Under the pieces are notes generated by a model. That model made no database searches and was not told the origin of the DNA. It was given only the letters and a program-made list of their open reading frames with translations. A stretch of DNA of 64,000 bases from Epithemia pelagica (lineage: Eukaryota > Protista > Bacillariophyta): contig OX337236.1 of assembly GCA_946965045.2 (NCBI GenBank), positions 2,170,001 through 2,234,000 on the forward strand. Direction: 5' to 3'. Both the position numbers and the translations under genes were made by a program. Positions 58,078 through 64,000 of the stretch are shown here, piece by piece (position 1 is the first letter of the stretch; every line of letters starts with the position of its first letter).

Positions 58078-58795
58078 GGATGGTGTTGATCCGTTGGATT
58101 TGGCTGTCAAAGTCAGAATGGGAGTTTTCGTGATTCTCAACGCTATGTCACGTCTTATACTTAACTAAAAACGCTTCTGTTGATTAACTCTATAGTGAAT
58201 TTTTAGGGTTCCGATTTTGCGAGCATGGTATTTTGGCCATGCTTGCGTTCGGGTTGGGATATGAGGGGCTCGTAGTGTCTCATTTTTTTGCCCGTTCGAA
58301 AACCGGGAGTCGCGAAACCAGCTCAGACTCTAATAGGTAGGCGACGCAGAGACCGGAGCCGGAGGACGGAGGAAGTGTAGGATTTGGGATTGAATGGGGG
58401 ATCGGGGAATCAACCAATAATCTCCTTATATCGTTATATTCTCCTAGTGCTACCAGCTACCAGCTAAGGTACCAGCAAAAGGAATGGGCTCCGAGAGAGT
58501 TTCCTTAAACTGCGATGCGATGCGATGCGAAAAATCCTGAAGATAAGACCAACCCTCAACTCTCGCCTTAGGGTTAGTCTTTCTTTGGAACGGATTCTAT
58601 CAAGTGCTCACAACTTCCGTCGTTTACAGCTTCCAACAGCTCAGACCACAGACAAGCAACCCTTTGCCTTTGTCTGATTGCTCTTGATAAGAAAGCTATG
58701 CCGCTGTTACCGCTTTCTTTCTGAATTATGATGACCTCCTGATGCTACAAGTAGTGGCACGAGGACCAAGAGAGGGCTTCTAGCTTCCATCCCTC

Positions 58796-60145
58796 GTGAT
58801 GGCTTCTCCAAGAAATAGTCATCGGAAGACGACTTGCTTACTCCACCGTCGTCATTGCTGCCTACTATGGAGCACTTTAGGACTTTTCCTTTGCTCTCCT
58901 CCCCTATCCTATGGCTGGACGATCAACAACTTGATTTCCTCATCCCCACCGGGATCAATCTCGCGAATGGACTTTCTCGAGATGCTCCTCATGTCGGGGC
59001 CTTCCTCCCTTCTGTTGCTAACTCTAGAATCGAAGACCGCATCTTCATCGTCTTCGACAAGCATCCTCAGTCCATTGAAGAACCGGTTCTCCATCAGCAA
59101 TGAAAACAAGTCTCTACGATTTCCACTACGTTTCCTTCCTGTGAGCGGATGCTATGCCTTGTCGACGACCCTCACGCGACGACTAGAGGACGAAGAAGAA
59201 GAATCCTCCATTTCGTATTTGGCAATTGTGGATACGGGATCTCCCTTTTTGACAGCTCCTTCCCGGGCCATGGGCGTTACGGAACGAACAGACTATGACG
59301 CCTCCAACGAACAGTATGGAGAAACCTTGGGTGGGATGGAATGGAAGTCTGCCAATCTCGCGACGTGGATTACCACCGATGGTCTTGTTGTGGACGTAGC
59401 CAATGTCACGCTCGGCATTGCTTCTCCTCAAGTCATTCAAGAGACGGGAGGGATCTTTGTAGGATTGATTGCCCAAGATGACAACCGTCCAACCTGGCTG
59501 CAACAAATAATTGGGAACAAATTCTCCTTTCAAATCGATTTTGTCCATCACACCCTGCTTTTGACGCATCGTCGGTTGTTGACAGCCGCCCCGACGAAGA
59601 AGAGTACGACAACACAATCCGACGGCTTGTTGCCTCTCTACGATTTATCTCCCTATGGTTCCGACTTGTATCATTACGCGGTCGAATGCCAAACCTTGGA
59701 ATTGCAATGGCGAACAAGAGAGAACGACGATCCTCCAACTACTACTTTGGTTCCATCCTCGTCGTTGCGCCGACCCCTCGTGGTGGTTTTGGACACTGGA
59801 TTAACAGGATGTATCGTATCGAAAACCCTCCAAGATGAACTCAAAGAGGATCTCCCTGTGGGAGCCATTACCACCGAAGCGCTAGCCGGACTACGTGTGG
59901 GAGTATCCACCACCACTACAACAGCAGAACACGACGACAAGTTACTTCACCTGTCGACGTCTTCCCAGTATTGGCAAGTCGCTTGTTTCAAACTTCCTTG
60001 GTTCGACGAAAAAACGCATGGAGAGACTTATCCCCATGTGATTGCCTTGGGCGCTACCGTTTGGGCCAGTGGTCAAGTCGCTTCTTTGTCGGTCGATACC
60101 ATGTCCCGCTTGGCCCGAATTGTTAAGGTCACCGAGCATTCATGA
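58796..60145 (+). CDS. Divergent pepsin-like aspartic protease with a signal peptide
   Basis: Two catalytic motifs, IVDTGS and VLDTGL, plus QYG flap-like and ALG motifs and a hydrophobic N-terminal leader. Confidence 0.72.
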   Translation: MMASPRNSHRKTTCLLHRRHCCLLWSTLGLFLCSPPLSYGWTINNLISSSPPGSISRMDFLEMLLMSGPSSLLLLTLESKTASSSSSTSILSPLKNRFSISNENKSLRFPLRFLPVSGCYALSTTLTRRLEDEEEESSISYLAIVDTGSPFLTAPSRAMGVTERTDYDASNEQYGETLGGMEWKSANLATWITTDGLVVDVANVTLGIASPQVIQETGGIFVGLIAQDDNRPTWLQQIIGNKFSFQIDFVHHTLLLTHRRLLTAAPTKKSTTTQSDGLLPLYDLSPYGSDLYHYAVECQTLELQWRTRENDDPPTTTLVPSSSLRRPLVVVLDTGLTGCIVSKTLQDELKEDLPVGAITTEALAGLRVGVSTTTTTAEHDDKLLHLSTSSQYWQVACFKLPWFDEKTHGETYPHVIALGATVWASGQVASLSVDTMSRLARIVKVTEHS

Positions 60146-60406
60146 TGATAGGATGATACCTCACTAGCACGAATCATCCATCTTCAGGTAATGTCATCAT
60201 AGTCTCATCAATGACGACTGACCCCAGTAGATGTACCATCCGTGAAAGGAAATTCCTTCTCTATCTCCACTCGAAACTAGAACCATTCTTCTGCAGTATG
60301 TACATACTTTAGCATTGCAAATAGATTCTACAAACGAAATAAGACAGGCTAAGTAGCACAACTTGTCGATAGTCTAATGGTACAAATACATGGACATGAC
60401 CTGATG

Positions 60407-62264
60407 TCACGCTCGCCTCTTGTCTTCCAAATCCATTTCGACGAATGTCTTCTTAAGCTCCGATATAATCTGGTGCCGTGAATGGGGAAGGAATCCCACA
60501 AACATATGTCACGATAATCCATAAATATAAATGACACAGCATGATGTCGCAAGTTTGAACGGATGAGTATAAGGAAACTAAGCAAGAACAGCAACATTTC
60601 TATCTACTCACCGGTTCCCATGTTTCCACTAATTCATGCAAATCGTTCACAATTTGTTCTTCTTGTTGTTGCGTCATAGTAGCCGAACTTGCGTATCCTC
60701 CCATGGATCGCAGGAGTTCCTCACGACTTGGTGTACTGGTCCGTAGAGCCAAGCTATATATTTGTTGCATTTTCCAACCATGATGCTTTTGCATCGTTTG
60801 AGCATATGCCATGAGGGATGCTTGTGTCGCATCCAGTGGAGGACTTGAGCCAACATTTGGAGAAGTGGATGTTCCTGGTTGTTGTCTCCTGGAAGAAGTA
60901 TAAGCGGCATACTTCACAGCAGTGTCATCATAACCATCATTTTCATTGTCGAATCTGAGTTCACGAGTCTTGAAACGCCTTCTCCTGAGGGATTCGCCTC
61001 TCCCTTTCACCAACATTATCATGGTACCAGTGGGAGAAGGAAAACGTGAGACAGGCGAGGTGGTTGCAATACTACCAGGAGAGGTTGGTATTGTCAAGAC
61101 GAGGGCAAAGAGTTGTTGTTGAAATTCCAAAGCTCGTCGAAGCCACAAGAGTCCCATGGCGGCGGACGGATCCTGTAACCGTCCTTCAGACTCATGACAA
61201 TGTAAAACTCGAGTTTCGTAGGTCAACAAGGCCGAGACCGTGTTTACTCTGGCCGAAGCCGGTGCCTGTTGGCACACCCGTTCCACCTTTTGAATGTTAT
61301 TGAGCAATTCTTGGGCATTTGCTCGTTGTCCCACTTGCCGTTGCACCAACGCCAAGTCTTTGAACGCCTGCAGCAGCCGGCCTGTATGAATCTCATAGTG
61401 TTGTTTGCCATTCTCCTTTTTGGTTGGAAACAAAACATCCTGTTGAAATTTTTCAGTTAACATACGAGCCAGTGTTTTTCCTTTGATTTTGGTGCTTACT
61501 GAAACCTGCTGTGTTTTAGAAGTCATCAATGGCTTGCGTTGAGAGGGCCTTTCGTCCAGTTCTCGAAATGGACGGGAAAGTATCTCTTCGTTCTCTCGTT
61601 CATTACTTTTCCTTGATTTGGTCACGGATGCTTGTTCTGATGTCTGTGTCTCCTTCAAAGGAACTAAACGTCTTCTTCTCATATGTTTTGGTCTGCATTG
61701 ATCAAAGTAGGTCCTTGGTCGATGTTTCCAATACACACCTCGTCCTGCATACCAAGAACCTGCTGGTAAAGCTGGGGATGAAGAAGACGTTGTAGCTTTT
61801 GTCACGGGAAGTAATCGGAACGAAAGCAAAAGGAATGTTGAAAGAAGGAGAGCTTTCGTTGTGATTCTTCTCGTCTTGGTCTTTGACATGGGTCGAACTT
61901 GCGAGGGCAACACAAAGTACCACAAAGAACTGGCAATGACAAAGAAGCGCTTGAACTCGAGATTCCCTCCAACAAAAAATGGTGCTTGGTTTTGCGCTTG
62001 TCGATTCCGGAAGAACGGTCGCATTGTAGTACCACGCTCAAAAGCACAAAAGGATGAGCTGTATAAGGACAACATCCATGTATTACAAGTGCCAAGGACC
62101 AATGATGATCTCGTTCTCACGAAAGGAATGCCCCTCGGGCGGCAATGCTTTTGATGCTTTCGTACAAAACCTGGACCCTTCGATAACACATTGTCCTCCA
62201 GGTCATTGCTCCTGGTGCGATTCATGGCATCTATCGTCTTCTCTTTTACTGTGTCAAGGAACAT
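60407..62264 (-). CDS. Glycolipid transfer protein (GLTP)-domain protein; final exon 60469-60407; start uncertain (ATG 62264 or the later MSKTK at 61889)
   Basis: SAAMGLLWLRRAL and AYAQTMQKHHGW...PSREELL are GLTP motifs; a 142-nt GTGAGT..CAG intron (60611-60470) adds IISELKKTFVEMDLEDKRRA*. Confidence 0.8.
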
Positions 62265-63148
62265 GAGTTGCCATGGTCATGGATGACATTGGCGCAAAAT
62301 GAGGGCGAGTCGACACCATGATGTCATTTCAAAGAACAAATTTTAAAGTTTTTTGAAATATCCCCCCATTTGCCAACTGGATAAAATCCTTAGCGAGACC
62401 CGCAATTTGTGAAAATTGATTCGATGTCGCTTTCGCTTGGGGTTTTTGTCATAATTCATAATAGAGAGGCAAGCCCCGTCAATTTGTTGATGATGCGGGG
62501 GGTATCTTGCATTTTATTTTTTGTTCTCGCAAGTTGTTTCTCGTATTGTAGTAGTATTAGGACGGGGTGAAACCATAGAAAGTCAAAATTTTGATTGCCC
62601 CCAAACAAGCGTTTTACTGTGGTGTAACCAGACCCCCCGGGAATTTGCGGCAGGGGGGAGAACGCTTACCACATTGCCAGCGTAACGACATTGAAGAGAT
62701 TAAAATACAATTCTGGAGTGTAAGGTTGAAGGAAAAAAAATAAATAACGGCGCCGTTGGCCCTTAAAAATATAGAAGGGGAATACGGGGTCCGGGGGACG
62801 AAAAATTCCACCACGATAGATAATAATACGCTGTCACGGTGGAATTTTTCGTCCCCCGGAGCCCATATAGGGAAAAAACGTGGCTGGGTGAAGGTAGTAT
62901 GGTTGTCAGTTGTCACCGACTGGTAAGCTGTACAACTATAGAGAAAAGAGATGAATTTTTCAAAAATGGTGTCGCAATTATCCGGGTTTCCACTGAAATC
63001 CTGTAAAACAAGGATTACCCGGTATTTTTGATTATCTAGCGGGAACTACGGACTACGGAGAGACTTCCTCCACCCCCAATGTCTCATTGACACACCTCTT
63101 AGGTCTTATGGGTTATGGGATGATTGTGTGATCAAGAAACGCACAACG

Positions 63149-64000
63149 ATGACAACCGAAGCAGAATTGAAGAGTCGCTCGATTCAAAGCAACGCGTTGG
63201 ACGATCCGACCGACGTGGCGCCACTGTGGGATGAAGACGATCCTTTGCAAGACGTACAGAGGATACAATTTCCGTTTTGTGAAGTACGAGTTGGATCCGA
63301 TTTGTTCCTTCCATTGCCTTTTAGAGCATCACATCGATTGAAGAAAACCAATGAACAGGCTATACGTTTTGGTGGATCCAATGATATGATCACCTTATTG
63401 GAAGGCTCAAGCGATGAACAAGCGGATTACTTGTTTGGGTTAGTGGCTGGAAGTGTCCTCGTCGCTATCTTTTTTGCCCTCTGGACTGTGCTCATTCTCG
63501 TCTTCAAGTTCAATGGATACCGTCGGTGTGGATTTCTCTGTGGACGGTTCATTCGACCAAACAAGAAAGACTATAAGAAACAGCTGTTGCCAGCAGCTTT
63601 GGAAGCTTCCAATGAGTCAAAATCACCAGAGCAACCAAGGGATCAAAGTGGTACATCTCCAGTTAGCACTCGGAGAATGGGTTCAGGAAACTTGATTGAC
63701 GATGGCAGCGACGCAGTGGTGGTTAAAGGGATGGACGGAACCACAGACAACCTTGAGCAAGAAGGTGGATCTGACCGACCGAACGTTACGGCTACAATTG
63801 AACAAGAATCAGAAGCTCGAGAACATGCCCCTGGTGTACAGAGCGAAAAACCGGAAAGTCCAGAAGGAGAAACATTTACAAATGTCAACGACAATCGCTT
63901 TGAAGCTGATAAAGTAGATGATGCAGAAACAAACGCAAAGACGCAAGATACCGAAAATGAAGAGAGTGGAAGTAGAGGAATAGAGGATGGAGGAGATGGA
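63149..64000 (+). CDS. N-terminal part of a membrane protein; runs off the window (absent from the ORF track because no stop is reached)
   Basis: ATG 63149 opens 284 stop-free codons to the end, including the TM segment DYLFGLVAGSVLVAIFFALWTVLILVFK followed by GFLCG and an acidic linker. Confidence 0.75.
   Translation, partial: MTTEAELKSRSIQSNALDDPTDVAPLWDEDDPLQDVQRIQFPFCEVRVGSDLFLPLPFRASHRLKKTNEQAIRFGGSNDMITLLEGSSDEQADYLFGLVAGSVLVAIFFALWTVLILVFKFNGYRRCGFLCGRFIRPNKKDYKKQLLPAALEASNESKSPEQPRDQSGTSPVSTRRMGSGNLIDDGSDAVVVKGMDGTTDNLEQEGGSDRPNVTATIEQESEAREHAPGVQSEKPESPEGETFTNVNDNRFEADKVDDAETNAKTQDTENEESGSRGIEDGGDG

Larger units (their letters stand above)
51830..58277. mobile_element. Two-gene Transib/RAG1-like DNA transposon (about 6.45 kb)
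   Basis: TIR CACTACGAGCCCCT (14 bp perfect; 21 of 24 to TCCCAA) at 51830 and 58277 encloses two convergent ORFs, one with RAG1/Transib catalytic motifs; no TSD found (flanks TTCGT/TCTCA). Confidence 0.8.

Noticed and set aside
51830-58277. Classifying the element as CACTA/EnSpm because the ends read CACTA
   Set aside because: No 2-3-bp TSD, and the catalytic region (TNY.H...SQQG.E..N) fits Transib/RAG1 rather than TnpD (W.YPFER-type); a formal phylogeny is still needed.
62300-63100. G/C-run-rich intergenic region as a possible MITE
   Set aside because: No TIR pair or TSD could be identified; may be the divergent promoter of the flanking genes.

Overview
Eukaryotic nuclear DNA, most likely a pennate diatom (inferred from short GT-AG introns, a bipartite plastid leader, CoDi-type Copia elements and diatom-typical gene families). 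Host genes: UBC12 (partial), a VTC1-like DUF202 protein, a plastid alpha/beta-hydrolase, a STAND/AAA_16 ATPase, a pepsin-like aspartic protease, a GLTP-domain protein and several hypotheticals. About half the window is nested mobile DNA whose ends can be read directly. (i) A plant-type mariner (12982-21696, TA TSD) contains a complete hAT element (13190-19964, 14-bp TIR, 8-bp TSD) that carries an endonuclease-III-like HhH-GPD DNA glycosylase tail-to-tail with its transposase. (ii) A Copia element (33137-47042, TSD TCCAC) has a second, chimeric Copia (40642-46748, TSD ACAAG) inserted antisense in its 3' LTR; both have non-canonical LTR termini and a primer-binding site that looks complementary to a tRNA-Asn anticodon arm. 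(iii) A CAC-ended TIR element (51830-58277) encodes a RAG1/Transib-like transposase and a convergent, possibly BAH-like partner. (iv) Several non-autonomous TIR elements. Top leads: the glycosylase-carrying hAT and the two-gene RAG1/Transib-like element, which may be DNA transposons carrying their own chromatin- or methylation-acting cargo. All family calls are from motif recognition by eye; no database searches were run.
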